Source: Podarcis melisellensis
Lineage: Eukaryota
Assembly: GCA_964234715.1 (NCBI GenBank)
Contig: OZ174287.1
Reading direction: 5' to 3' (one strand)
DNA length: 64,000 bases
The position numbers and the translations under genes are program-made. Under the pieces are notes generated by a model. The model was not told the DNA's origin. It made no database searches and saw only the letters and a program-made list of their open reading frames with translations. Below, piece after piece: positions 29,078 to 40,150 of this stretch (position 1 is the stretch's first letter; each line of letters starts with the position of its first letter).

Positions 29078-29226
29078 GGGTCTGCCTGGATAGCTCAGTT
29101 GGTTAGTGCATGGTGCTGATAATACCAAGGTTGCAAGTTTGACTCCCATATGGGACAGCTGCATATTATTGCATTGCAGGGGGCTGGACTTGATCCTCAG
29201 GGTCTCTTCCAACTCTATGATTCTAA
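29078..29226 (+). mobile_element. tRNA-headed SINE with CR1-like tail (POM/Squam2-like)
   Basis: TAGCTCAGTTGGTTAG A-box, degenerate B-box, and GCAGGGGGCTGGAC...CTTCCAACTCTATGATTCTA tail. Confidence 0.7.
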
Positions 29227-29396
29227 AAGCTACCCAGTGGTGCTTCTTGGAGCTGGGAGGCAGCAGGCAGTTGCTTCTTAGTTCTAAAATTCTTCCCCTC
29301 TGAACCTTTTTTACAGAAAGGTGTTACAGAACTGTTACACACATTAATAGGTAATGCATTAGTTCCATGCATGTCACAACCATTAACTGATAAGTA

Positions 29397-29855
29397 CCGT
29401 ATTTTTCGCCCCATAGGATGCACTTTTCCCCCTCCAAAAATGAAGGGGAAATGTGTGTGCGTCCTATGGGGCGAATGCAGGCTTTCACTGAAGCCTGGAG
29501 AGCGAGAGGCATCGGTGCGCACCGACCCCTCTCGCTCTCCAGGCTTCAGGAATCTATCCACAAGCCTTGCAAGCCCGGCGGGAGTTCCCGTGGGCTCACA
29601 AGGCTTGCGGGCAGCAGCCTACAGCCCCGGCGAGTGTCCACAAGCCGCTGAACGCGCGAGGCTTGGGAAGGCAGCCTGCAGCCCGAAGCATGCGGAGCCC
29701 TCCAGAGGGTGCCCCGTGCTTCGGGCAGATGTGCGCAAGGCTTGGGGCGGCAGCCACGGCTGGGGGGGGAATATTTTTTTTAAAATTCATTTCCCCCCCA
29801 AAAAAACCGAGGTGCGTCCTGTGGGCCGGTGCGCCCTATAGGACGAAAAATACGG
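29397..29855. mobile_element. Young Tc1/mariner (Tc2/pogo-like) MITE
   Basis: TIRs CCGTATTTTTCG(C/T)CC(C/T)ATAGG; TA TSD; CpG-rich interior with hairpins. Confidence 0.85.
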
Positions 29856-29917
29856 TACTTTGCAACAGTCATATGTGCATTCCTTTTGTGAGGAGAAATC
29901 AATTTGAAAATAACTTG

Positions 29918-30606
29918 TGTTATAAGAATTTTAAAGTCTTATATATATAAAATAGATGTTCATAAATATACCAAGCAAACACAATACAAATATGTAAACC
30001 ACAGGTCTGAAACCCACAGAAAAGTCCTGAAACCATTTTCTCTCTCCCAAAATGACCTCAAATATTTCTCTGAAAGGTTGAAGGAAATGGGAAATCTCCC
30101 CATTGTCTCTTTCACAAATCCTGTCTTAAGGGCACATTTAAGATATGAATAGGGTGTGAGTCTGTGACCTGGATTCAGGAATTGAGTAGTTATCATAAAA
30201 AAAGAGTGGCCAGGATGCCCAGGTAATCCAATCAGGTAATTTGGCAGACAGGAAGAAACAAAGCACCCAGATTTCCACCCCTTCTTTGATGTATTCGGCC
30301 ACACCTCTTCTGTGATGTATGTATGATGTTTCTGGGGGTGGTCTTGGACTCCAGGGCGGGCAATTTAACATGTCTATATAAGGGCTTGTGCGCATGGCTC
30401 GGGGTCCTCCTCCTCTCTCCCGCGTGTGGGGGGAGCACCCTGTTGCAACAGCTTTAATAAAGTTCAGGCTTATTAGCTGCTTTGCTTCTCAATATTCTCT
30501 GGTTGGTCTCTGTTATTTTCTCCTACTGATAGAGAACCTACAAAAGGACTCTATATGGGCTCTTGGGTACCCCATAAGGGGAAAAAAGCAGTTTTTTCTC
30601 ATAACA
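29918..30606 (+). mobile_element. Solo LTR (ERV-like, 4-bp TSD)
   Basis: Ends TGTTATAAGAA...TTCTCATAACA; TSD CTTG (29914-29917 and 30607-30610); CCAAT near 30228, TATATAA near 30375, AATAAA near 30456. Confidence 0.8.
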
Positions 30607-30640
30607 CTTGCAAAGTCACTTTACAGAGCTCTCTCTGAGA

Positions 30641-30688
30641 CTATATCTATATATCTATATATATCTATATATCTATATATCTATATAT
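30641..30688. repeat. (TATATC)n-type microsatellite
   Basis: Direct read. Confidence 0.85.
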
Positions 30689-31597
30689 AATGGCCGCTTA
30701 CCTGCCGGCTGTGGGGAGGTGGCAGTTGCGGAGCAGGGCAGGTGGCAGGGTGTCCATCCAGCTTTGGCTGGGGGAGGACGTTGATTCCTTCTCTGCTGGC
30801 CACACTGACTGCTGCGACACATCCACAGTTTCAGCCAATAATGGGAAAACTTTGGGGTGCAAGTTAGGGAATGAACCACACTTCTTCCTTCTGGTCTGCG
30901 CCCTGGCTATAAAAGCCAACTGCACCCAATATCTGGCCTCAGTTGCGGCTTGGATTCTCCACCCACTCACCTGGCACTCTATGTGTAGGACTGACTGAAG
31001 GTAAGCAGGCAGGGCCTGCATAAGACCTTGCGCTATGGAAGTCTTTGGTTCCTTCCCTCTGTCTCCGTACCTGAGGGTCAAGTCTCCCCAGGGATTTGGC
31101 CAGAACAAGATAAATGTCCGGGAATGGCTCCCTCACTGCAAAGATAAAGGAGGAATTAGCAGGCGCCAAACACCAAACATTTAATGGCTTCTCACTCCAC
31201 TTTCACAGCCATGCTAGCACCAGTCTGGTGAATGAGGGTGGGGGACATGGGAAGGAAGCATTCCTATCATATAGGGCACTCAAATGGTATTTCTTCCTAC
31301 CTGCTCTTAGAAGTTTTCCCCACTTTGCCTCCATACAGAGGCTGGCCTATCTCTGAAGCAGCAGCCAAAGTCTCCTCTTTCTCAGAAATAAGCTGAGCTG
31401 CTGTCTTAATGAGAAGAAACTTTGTTTGGCTGCTGCTTCTGCGCCAAACAGGGCCAGGAAGAAGCCATTCCCACACAGAGAAGGGGCAGTGGGGAAGAGG
31501 CGCGGAGAATGGCAACCAGGAACCGCAGGGATGTCCTCTGGTTCCTCATCCCAGGAGCTGGAGCTGGAGCCTGATCCCTGGAGGCATGGCCTGTGGA

Positions 31598-31944
31598 CAT
31601 AGGCGCCGACTCCATGGGGCTTGAGGGGGCCCGAGCCCCCTCAAAAATTCGTTTGGGGGGGCTCCGCCCCCCCAATAATCTCCGGCGCCCCTCCAGCAGA
31701 GCGCCATCGCCGCCCCTCCCCCAGCCCAAAATGCACAGGGAGGGGCGGGCTGCATGCCTCCTGCCCTCCCTCCCGAGCAAAAGCTCCACCCAATTTCCTT
31801 TGGAGCGGATTAATAGGCGCAGCACGCTCTCCCCTATTCGCTCACGAGGAGGCGGCGCCACTTTATTTGCATATTCATGAGCTTATTTATTATTCATGAG
31901 CTTTCCCGGGGCCCCCCAATATTTTTTATAAGTCCGCGTCCCTG
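31598..31944. mobile_element. GC-rich hAT-type MITE
   Basis: Imperfect TIRs CATAGGCGCCGACT / AGTCCGCGTCCCTG; 8-bp TSD CCTGTGGA (31590-31597 and 31945-31952). Confidence 0.8.
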
Positions 31945-32659
31945 CCTGTGGAGGAAGCAGGATATAGTACGGGCTCTCATGTGAATGGGTTCTCACTGTC
32001 AGCGGATTTCCCAATTATTGCGTTGTCACACCATGCAAATTCGTAGGGCATAAAATCACTGACGACTCCTGAGTTTTGTAATCCTCACAGTTGTACTCTG
32101 CGTCCATCTGGGAACTGTAGTGCCGCACCCAATGTGAGACCGGGAATAGCCAGTGGTGGTGGAGGTCCTGTGTTGTCACAGAGGTTGCAGAACCTTCCTG
32201 CATGAGAGCAGAAAGGAGATGCTCTCGTCTTGAAGTGGATTAGCCAAGCTTTTTTTGGAAGCAATGTCAGGGCAGGGGCATTGGGCATCCATTGCCCACA
32301 ACTGCCAGGAGCATGCCATGTTCTTCTTCCTTCACAGGGCCATGCTTCAAAAGAATGGTCTCTGTTGCCACTTCCCATGCTGATGAACAAGAGCCAAATT
32401 CCGTCATCCGTGGCATTCCAGTCCAGCCCTTGTGGATTGTACTATCCTACCAAGTTGTTGTAGGAATCCATGCTGCTCAGTGCCTTGTATGTCTTCTGGG
32501 ATGTCCCTGTTGCTGTCTGAATGTGCCCTTCCCTGAAAGAGAACAGCATGACTGGCACGTGTTAAAACTAAATAAAGAAATTAGAGCAACTGGTTGCTTT
32601 CAGTATGCCAACGATCAAATAATATTTCGTAATAAACATTGTTAAAAAGAAAAGAAAAA

Positions 32660-32975
32660 AAGAACGAGCTGCTTTCTTTCCTTCTCTGCCTGCTACTGGG
32701 AGCTCTGCTTAAGAAGGCTGGAACCAGCTGGTTCTCATCAGAGTCCTTGAAGCTGCAAGTGAAGTCACTCACCTTTCTCCCTTCAGGCTGCTGTTCAGCA
32801 GGTGAAGCGGATTCCTGCCCCATGACACTATCCCCCTCCCCTAGGTACCCCTGCACCTGCTGGGTGGGTGCCTGCTTTCGGGAAGCACAATAGTGGAAGT
32901 GTTGTACCAACTGGGGGGGAGGGGGAGCATGGAAATGTGAGGCATCTTCCCAGTAGGATTGTCCATGAAGTCCAT
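32660..32975 (-). mobile_element. Degenerate chromovirus 3' end (chromodomain tail, PPT, start of LTR)
   Basis: SYWEDASHFHAP..LVQHFH resembles a chromodomain C-terminus. It is followed by PPT AGGGGAGGGGGATAG and the LTR start TGTCATGG at 32827. Confidence 0.6.
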
Positions 32976-33007
32976 GTCCATGAAATTGGTCGTAGACCCC
33001 AAATCTA

Positions 33008-33385
33008 TCATCTTCTTCTTTGGTAATCACTCGTAGCTGAGTAAGATTGGCTTCCATGAACACAGTCTTAACAGTGAGCCCATAAGTGACTGTGGAGGCC
33101 AATTCTGGATTCACATGTCCTTCTACAGTGGGGATATAGGTTTCCGGGCAGGAGTTGATCATGGTGAGGGTTTGCCAAACATGCTTCCTCTTAGCTTGTT
33201 TCTCCCTTTTGTCCTGAGTTAGAGTGTCTTCAAAAGTCCATGACACTGTTCGTAAAGGCTGTTCTCCAATTGGAGTGCTCGCAGGCCAGCGTTTCCCGAT
33301 TGTGTATACTAGGTTTCTTTTAGATTTGCCTTGAGAGAGTCTTTAAACCTCTTTTGTTGACCACCAGCATTACATTTTTAAGTTG
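33008..33385 (-). mobile_element. RTE-clade LINE 3' fragment
   Basis: Minus strand GGQQKRFKDSL...CGSRIGLHSHL motifs; paralogous to 1886-2110. Confidence 0.75.
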
Positions 33386-33589
33386 CTTGGGAAGACGATA
33401 ATCAGGCATAGCCCAGATCTGTAGAGCTGCTTTCCAGGTAGTTGGAGAGGGTGGTGTGAGGCATCTGGGCATTAGCAATGCTAGCCAAGCCCTGGCTCCA
33501 TGGCCCTCCTAAATAGGGGAAATTCTGTTCATTGGCACCTGGCAGAGCCCCTCTTCACTGGGCATGGGACTGCCACATTCCCCAGCCTC

Positions 33590-34030
33590 CACAGGAGACT
33601 CACAGTCCCTCTCTGCGTCTCTGTTCCTTTTTAGCCACTGTCAAACAAGGGCTATGGCAACTGTCATACTGATCCTAAGCTGAATACCTGCCCAGTGCAG
33701 CTTCAGGTCCCCCACCAAGTGCCCTTCTAGAACCCACCACTCTCAACACTCTCAACTGCCTCCCCCACAACATTCAAATTCGCTTTCCAAGTCTCCTCCA
33801 ATCTCCACTCTCTGCCAGAATTCTGGAATCCAACTTGGGAAGGCTGGCTGTCCTGCTGTGGAGGAAAAGTCCCTCTTGCAAGGACTCTGCTGTACTCTTT
33901 CTTAAAGCTACAACTGTCTCCGCCATGTCTCAGTTTTCCAAAGGTGAGAGCCTGGAACCCCATGGGCTCTTGCCACCACTCGGCAGAGAGAGGGGAGGCA
34001 CCCAACTTTTGGAGCAATATTTTATACATC
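33590..34030 (-). mobile_element. Old LTR-like element, related to 36090-36435
   Basis: Shared GGCACCCA(A/G)CTTTTG and CTC(C/T)GCCATGTCTC segments; purine-rich, acidic-coding minus strand. Confidence 0.45.
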
Positions 34031-34991
34031 CTGCTCTGTCAAGTCATCCTATTAAAAGCACATAAGCTTCCCGTTCCTGCTTCCTAGGAAACTGGGGAAA
34101 GTGAGCTGTAGATTCTTCTCCCTGTTCTAAAAAGCAGGTGTCTTCCCCCAAACGATTCTGGGAATTGTAGTTTCTTAGGGGTTCTGGGAATTGTAGGCCT
34201 GTGAGAGGAAAGCTACAATGCCCAGGATCATTTGGGTGACATCATGTGCTTTAAATGCTCATTGGATGCACTTTACAGCATAGGATTCAGCTGCCTGACA
34301 ACCCAGCAGCCTGGCCCCTGTTTGCCAGATGATGTCACAAAGTGCCGCTTTGCAAGCAAGCCTTATAAGTGCCCTGCAAGAGGGATGCCTGTCAAAGGAT
34401 GGTGAGATACTTGCCATGATAATGAGAAGGAACTCTGAAGGTAGGAGGATGTTGACAGCTTGGCAGGTCCTCACCTGTGGTCCCCAGATTATATTTTTTG
34501 TTTTGAATATCTGGTTGAGCACAAGGTTGAATCATATGGCCTTTCCATGCCTCTATTCTCTTAACTCTAAGGCTGTGTGCACATCACACCTTGAAATCAC
34601 AGGCTCATTCCATTAAAAGGGCAATCTACAGACTCATTGTTCCTAAACATGTTGTAGATCATTTTAAGGAAAATTTCCCAAAGTTTCAGGATCTTGTCAT
34701 TGTGTGGGATGGGTTTTAACAGGAGGGAGAGGATATATTAATTGAAATATATCCCTCCAGATACTCACAAATGTGAGATGAACAGAGTTTTAAAATCCCC
34801 TCTTTGATAGCAAAACTTAAAGCTTAGGAGCAGCTGCCAGGAACATATAACACTGGTCCTAAATGATCTACGATGGCTCCCAGTATGTTTGCGAGCACCA
34901 TTCAAAGTGTGGGTCTTGTATACCTGAAGTAGGGTTGCCACTTGGTTCTTTAAAAACAGAGTTTAAAAATCCCATCTTTGACAGAGTCCGC

Positions 34992-35182
34992 AAACTGAGA
35001 CATGGCGGAGACTGTTGTAGCTTTAAGAAAGAGTACAGCAGAGTCTTTGCAAGAGGGACTTTTCCTCCACAGCAGGATAGCCAGCTTTCCCAAGTTGGAT
35101 TCCAGAATTCTGGCAGAGAGTGGAGATTGGAGGAGACTTGGAAAGCGAATTTGAATGTTGTGGGGGAGGCAGTTGAGAGTGT
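34992..35182. repeat. 191-bp inverted copy of 33746-33936
   Basis: Reverse complement aligns without gaps; I count about 4 mismatches. Confidence 0.92.
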
Positions 35183-35224
35183 CAAAGATGTCAAACTTTA
35201 AAATCCCATCTTTGACTCCATCCC

Positions 35225-35782
35225 ATCTAGGAGTCTTGGTTGACCACAAACTTGACATGAGCCAACAGTGTGACGCGGCAGCTAAAAAAGCCAATGCAAT
35301 TCTGGGCTGCATCAATAGGAGTATAGCATCTAGATCAAGGGAAGTAATAGTGCCACTGTATTCTGCTCTGGTCAGACCTCACCTGGAGTACTGTGTCCAG
35401 TTCTGGGCACCACAGTTCAAGAAGGACACTGACAAATTGGAACGTGTCCAGAGGAGGGCAACCAAAATGGTCAAAGGCCTGGAAACGATGCCTTATAAGG
35501 AATGGCTAAGGGAGCTGGGCATGTTTAGCCTGGAGAAGAGGAGGTTAAGGGGTGATATGATAGCCATGTTCAAATATATAAAAGGATGTCACATAGAGGA
35601 GGGAGAAAGGTTGTTTTCTGCTGCTCCAGAGAAGCGGACACGGAGCAATGGATCCAAACTACAAGAAAGAAGATTCCACCTAAACATTAGGAAGAACTTC
35701 CTGACAGTAAGAGCTGTGGCAGGGGGTTGGACTCGATGGTCCTTGTGGTCTCTTCCAACCCTATGATTCTATGATTCTATGA
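35225..35782 (+). mobile_element. Young 5'-truncated CR1 LINE (ORF2 C-terminus and 3' tail)
   Basis: LGVLVDHKL...[16 protein letters not shown]...[11 protein letters not shown]...RLRGDMI; (ATTCTATG)n tail; the ORF end is fused directly to the 3' UTR. Confidence 0.93.
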
Positions 35783-38092
35783 TTGACAGAAAACCTAAAA
35801 GGATAGGAATTAGGCTGCAGAACATTGTTTGGAGCAAGTCCAACTATGAAGTCAGCTGCCCACTTCAGAAAGAATCAGGCCGCAAGCTGAGAAGATTAAA
35901 AATAAGCCTTCCTTACTTTATTCTCATGCATTGGTTCATAGCAACAGTAGCAATAAAAGCTATACAGGTAAAATACTGTTATGCATTTGCAAGGGACACC
36001 CCTAAACCCTAGAGATTAATAAATGGTAGGATTTTGATGATTTGGAGTATTGAACGGAAGATTGGAAGTCGGGGGGGGGGGGAGTACAGGCTCAGATTTC
36101 CTTCCAAGTCAGGGCCACCCCTGGAATAGACAGGAACGTGCCAGAAGGGGTTGATGGCCCATTGGAGAGCCTGGGAGAGATGCCTGGGACTCCAGGGCTG
36201 CTCTGATGTGGGGAACAAGCCCCTCTTGACAGGACCATGCTGTCAGATGCGGACTCCCTCCACGCAGACGGAAAGAGCCAATAGGGGAACAAAGTGTATT
36301 TCTTGGAGCTGCGGCAGTCTCTGCCATGTCTCCGTTCTCCCAAGGAATACGGACCCTGGGTAAGTGCCTGAACCCCCCTGGCACCTTGCAGAGTGTGGGG
36401 GTGGCACCCAGCTTTTGTAACAAAACTGACATTTACATAACCAACACCAGGCACATGCGGAAGAGGCATGTCTGAATCCAATACGGGTCCAAGGAAGAGA
36501 GAGGGTAACACCAAATACAATATGCTCCTTTCGCTCCAGAAGCAGAGAAAAGGACATCACACAGAGCCATCTCTACCAATTGTCTTTCTAAGGTCCAAGC
36601 CCCTGCCTGTCAGCAATGAAGCTCTGCGGACTTAGCCCCTTTTCATGCTGCAGGAGCCTCAAATGGATCATGTGTATACAGCTTTGGTTTTAAGGAAAAG
36701 GCGTCTAGTGGGCTTCAGCTTGCATGGGGCAGGAGCATAGTGAGATTTATTTTGTGGGGGTCTTTTTGCACCATCACTGTGTGTGACCCTTCAGAAAAAG
36801 GTTCCTGTCCCAATAGGCTTACAATCTTTAATTTGACACAGGGAGGGAACAGGGAAGGTATTTCCCTTCTCAGCTTCTAATTTTATGTCTCTATTATGAT
36901 TCCCCTTTATCATTTTATTGTATCTGCTTTTTTCTTCTGAGTAAGCTAAACTGTTCCTCCTGCTTTCCACCTGCCTTGGCATAGGATTTACAATGATAAA
37001 GGTAGAAACCTATGGGAAGAAACCATATTGGGTAGATTTGGCAAGCTAATACTTTTTGGCAAAAAAAGGCCCTCAGTGATGGACATCAAAATCAAAAACT
37101 GAATTTTAAAATTAAAAAAACATCATATCTGCAATGAATTTTTACCAAAATTTGAATGTGTGTGATATTAACTTCAGCTCTAAGGAGGGCCTTGATTCTG
37201 TACACATAGGAGCAGGTCGACAAATATACAGCATTACCAACTCAATACCTAGAAACCATTTTTGGTAGGTGGTACAACAGACAAGCAAAACTCTGTGTGG
37301 GGAAAATAAACTGCATACTACAGCAATGCAGTAGCACATACGTACCCCATTGTGATCCCCTTGCACTATCAGTACACTTAAATGGATACTAGACCCTGTT
37401 TATCCAAGACTATATTACCATGTGGGTACAGCTTGCTACTACTATTGATCACCTCTCTGGATCAGAGCCAAGGTTTCTGAAATTCTTTGTGCACCTGTGC
37501 AACATTTGTTTCTGCTCCTTGCTCTCATCTCTCACATTGTGTAGAATAATATTCCTGATTCTCCTCCAATAATTGCTGGAGGACCAAGAAACATTTGGTT
37601 CTCAAAATAATGGGAGACCAGGACCTACACCAGAACAAAACTGCAGTTAACTGGAAGATTTGGGAGAGGGACACCCTTCAGAGCCCTTGAGGTGACCTGT
37701 TTATTGAGCATTTATTTGTTTGCATAAAGCTTACGTGGAGGTTATATTACATTCAATCTTTACTGAGCCTTCATTCTGATTAGTTTTTTGTGAGGTTGTT
37801 ATATGACAATGAGCACCCCTCCTGCATTCATTCTGATTTGCTTGTGGGGTATTTATATGGCTTCCCATCAGTCATTCGTTCGTACCACACTTTCAATGCA
37901 TTTTCACATCATTTTCTAAAAATTGATTTACTTTACTAGGTTGACAAAGCACTTTAATTCAGTTCAAGCACACAAACATAAAGTATGTGCTTGAATTTCC
38001 CCTGCAAAACAGAAACAATCTGGAAACACCCTTTAAGGATTTTCTTATATCAGGGACCATGATGTTTTAAGATGTATGACATTGTACCTCCA

Positions 38093-38107
38093 CCAGTAGA
38101 TGGTGCT
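38093..38107 (+). promoter_or_regulatory. Candidate CTCF site
   Basis: CCAGTAGATGGTGCT matches the CCASYAGRKGGCRS core with one mismatch and lies outside any repeat I recognise. Confidence 0.45.
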
Positions 38108-38269
38108 ATAGGCTTTTCTTACTACCCAGCAATAAGAACATAAGAACAACCTTTATGGGTCAATTCCAAGCAGCCAATATATTTTTTCTTAAAATGGCTA
38201 AACTTCCAGATGCTGTAAAGGCAATGTATAAGAACCTCAAAGTGGGAGTTTTATCTCCTTAACTTATAT

Positions 38270-38485
38270 GGTACATTTATTTATTTATTTACTACATTTG
38301 TATCTTGCCTTTCCTTCAAGAAGCTCAAGATAGAGATGATTCTCCATCTTTCACTTTGCCCACACAACAACCCTGTGAGGTAGGTTAGCCTGAGAGATAA
38401 TGAACCAGCCCAAGGTCACCTACTGGGTTTCATGACCAAGTGGTGATTTGAAGGGTTCACAGTATAATCACTGTGCCACATTGAC
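38270..38485 (-). mobile_element. MIR/L2-related SINE fragment
   Basis: ACAACCCTGTGAGGTAGGTTAG...CCCAAGGTCAC core; similar pieces at about 17885-17990, 48380-48520 and 54120-54255. Confidence 0.55.
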
Positions 38486-38562
38486 TGCAAAGTTAAGGTG
38501 CAGAGAGACTGACACACCCAAGGGCATCCCCTGAGCTTCACTGCTGAGCAAGTTTTGAAGTA

Positions 38563-38788
38563 CAGTGGTACCTCAGGTTACATATGCTTCAGGTTACAGA
38601 CTCCGCTAACCCAGAAATAGTGCTTCAGGTTAAGAACTTTGCTTCAGGATGAGAACAGAAATCGTGCTCCGGCGGCGCAGCGGCAGCAGGAGGCCCCATT
38701 AGCTAAAGTGGTGCTTCAGGTTAAGAACAGTTTCAAGTTAAGAACGGACCTCCGGAACGAATTAAGTACTTAACCTGAGGTACCACTC
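38563..38788. mobile_element. Tc1/mariner (Tigger-like) MITE
   Basis: TA-CAGTGGTACCTCAGGTTA ... TAACCTGAGGTACCACT(C)-TA; internal TTCAGGTTA repeats; near-identical to 51352-51577. Confidence 0.88.
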
Positions 38789-39984
38789 TATAGAGTTACG
38801 CACATCCCCCAAACACAGCATTCCAGTACACTAGACTGGGTCTCTGGCAAGAAGGCAACATCCTCTTCTTTGAACAAGATATGTATATAACAGAGTTCCT
38901 TTCAGAGTTCCTTTGCTTTCTTTATTTTAAATTACATAGTTAAGCATTTTGATTACTTGGAAACTAGGGGAGGAAGGAGATGCCATCTGGATTTTCTGCT
39001 TCAGGCACCAAAAAGTGTTGGTCCAGTCATGTATACATGTGTACACAGGGGATGTTTGTGTAGCAACATCCCCGACCCTGCATTTTCAAACACAGGTGTG
39101 CAAGCAGTTATCGTAGTGGCCACACCCACCTGAACTTGGGTGACGACACCATACAGCATTGAAAAAAGCTGCCTCAACCAACAGTTCCTTTCCATCATCA
39201 ACAATAGGCATCCGCCTCAGCTCAGTGAGCACACCATGCTTCCTAAACAGGAAGTAGCATCTAATTGTGACCCCGAGATGAACTTCAGCTGTTTCTTCAG
39301 GCAAAGGGAGTGATGGGTCCCAGGAGAGCAAGACCTTCTGTACATACACATGGGTGGCTAGGTTGGGGGGGGATGAGAAAGAGAGGAGGAGGAGTGCAAT
39401 TATGAAAATTAGCTCTCTTAAACACCAGGCCCTAGGCTCATGAGCTGGCAGCTTGGGGAGGTTGTCCAAAGCAAACGACTAAATGGGCTACAAAATAGCT
39501 TGTTGTGCTGCAGAAGTTGCATACATTTGGGACACAGCTGACAAAAGGGATGTATAGAGAGGAGGGAACAGCGGCTTCTGTGGCATTCTACAGAGCTGAA
39601 GCTAGCGGAAGGCAGCTTCACACCTTCATGCATCCAGAGCAAATTGTGCTAATTATGTGTGATGAATTCAAAGGCGCCCATTTCCCTGCTTATACAGGCT
39701 GGGAAGCCACAAGCAGCCCTGGCTCCCCAACACATGGACAAGAAGTAAAAGAGGCAGCACACTTTTATGAGTCATATGGGATTCCATGGCGTGTGCGCAA
39801 TTGTGACATTTGTGTAAAGAAGCATTATTTACGTGAAGCAGCCCTGACAGGTAGGCTATCCGAAGCAACCTAGATGGTGTCACCTTCTTTCTGATACCTT
39901 CTTTCTTAAAAACAACAACAACACTCCCTTAACAAAACGTTTTAGGATATGGCCTAAATGATTAAAGGAAGTAACTGAAATGAT

Positions 39985-40150
39985 CAAAACAGTGTATCTG
40001 AAGAATACACTGTATTCTTTCAGTGTATCTGAAGAAGTGTGCATACACACGAAAGCTCATATCAAGAACTGACTTAGTTGGTCTTTAAGGTGCTACTGGA
40101 AGGAATTTTTTTTTGTTTTGACTATGGCAGACCAACACGGCTACCTATCT
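39985..40150 (+). mobile_element. Penelope-like 3' end with hammerhead core
   Basis: Flanked by the 14-bp direct repeat GTAACTGAAATGAT (39971-39984 and 40151-40164); same family as 16093-16489. Confidence 0.75.
40025..40062 (+). ncRNA. Minimal type I hammerhead ribozyme (PLE-associated)
   Basis: GUAU-CUGAAGA-A-GUGUG-CAUA-CACAC-GAA-AGCU-C-AUAU: intact catalytic core, 5-bp stem II and palindromic AGCU stem III. Confidence 0.7.

Noticed and set aside
32581-33246. 221-aa ORF as a host gene
   Set aside because: Chimera of an off-frame RTE fragment and a Gypsy remnant.
38563-38788. Regularly recurring TTCAGGTTA units as a CRISPR-like array
   Set aside because: Internal repeats of a eukaryotic MITE bounded by TIRs and a TA TSD.
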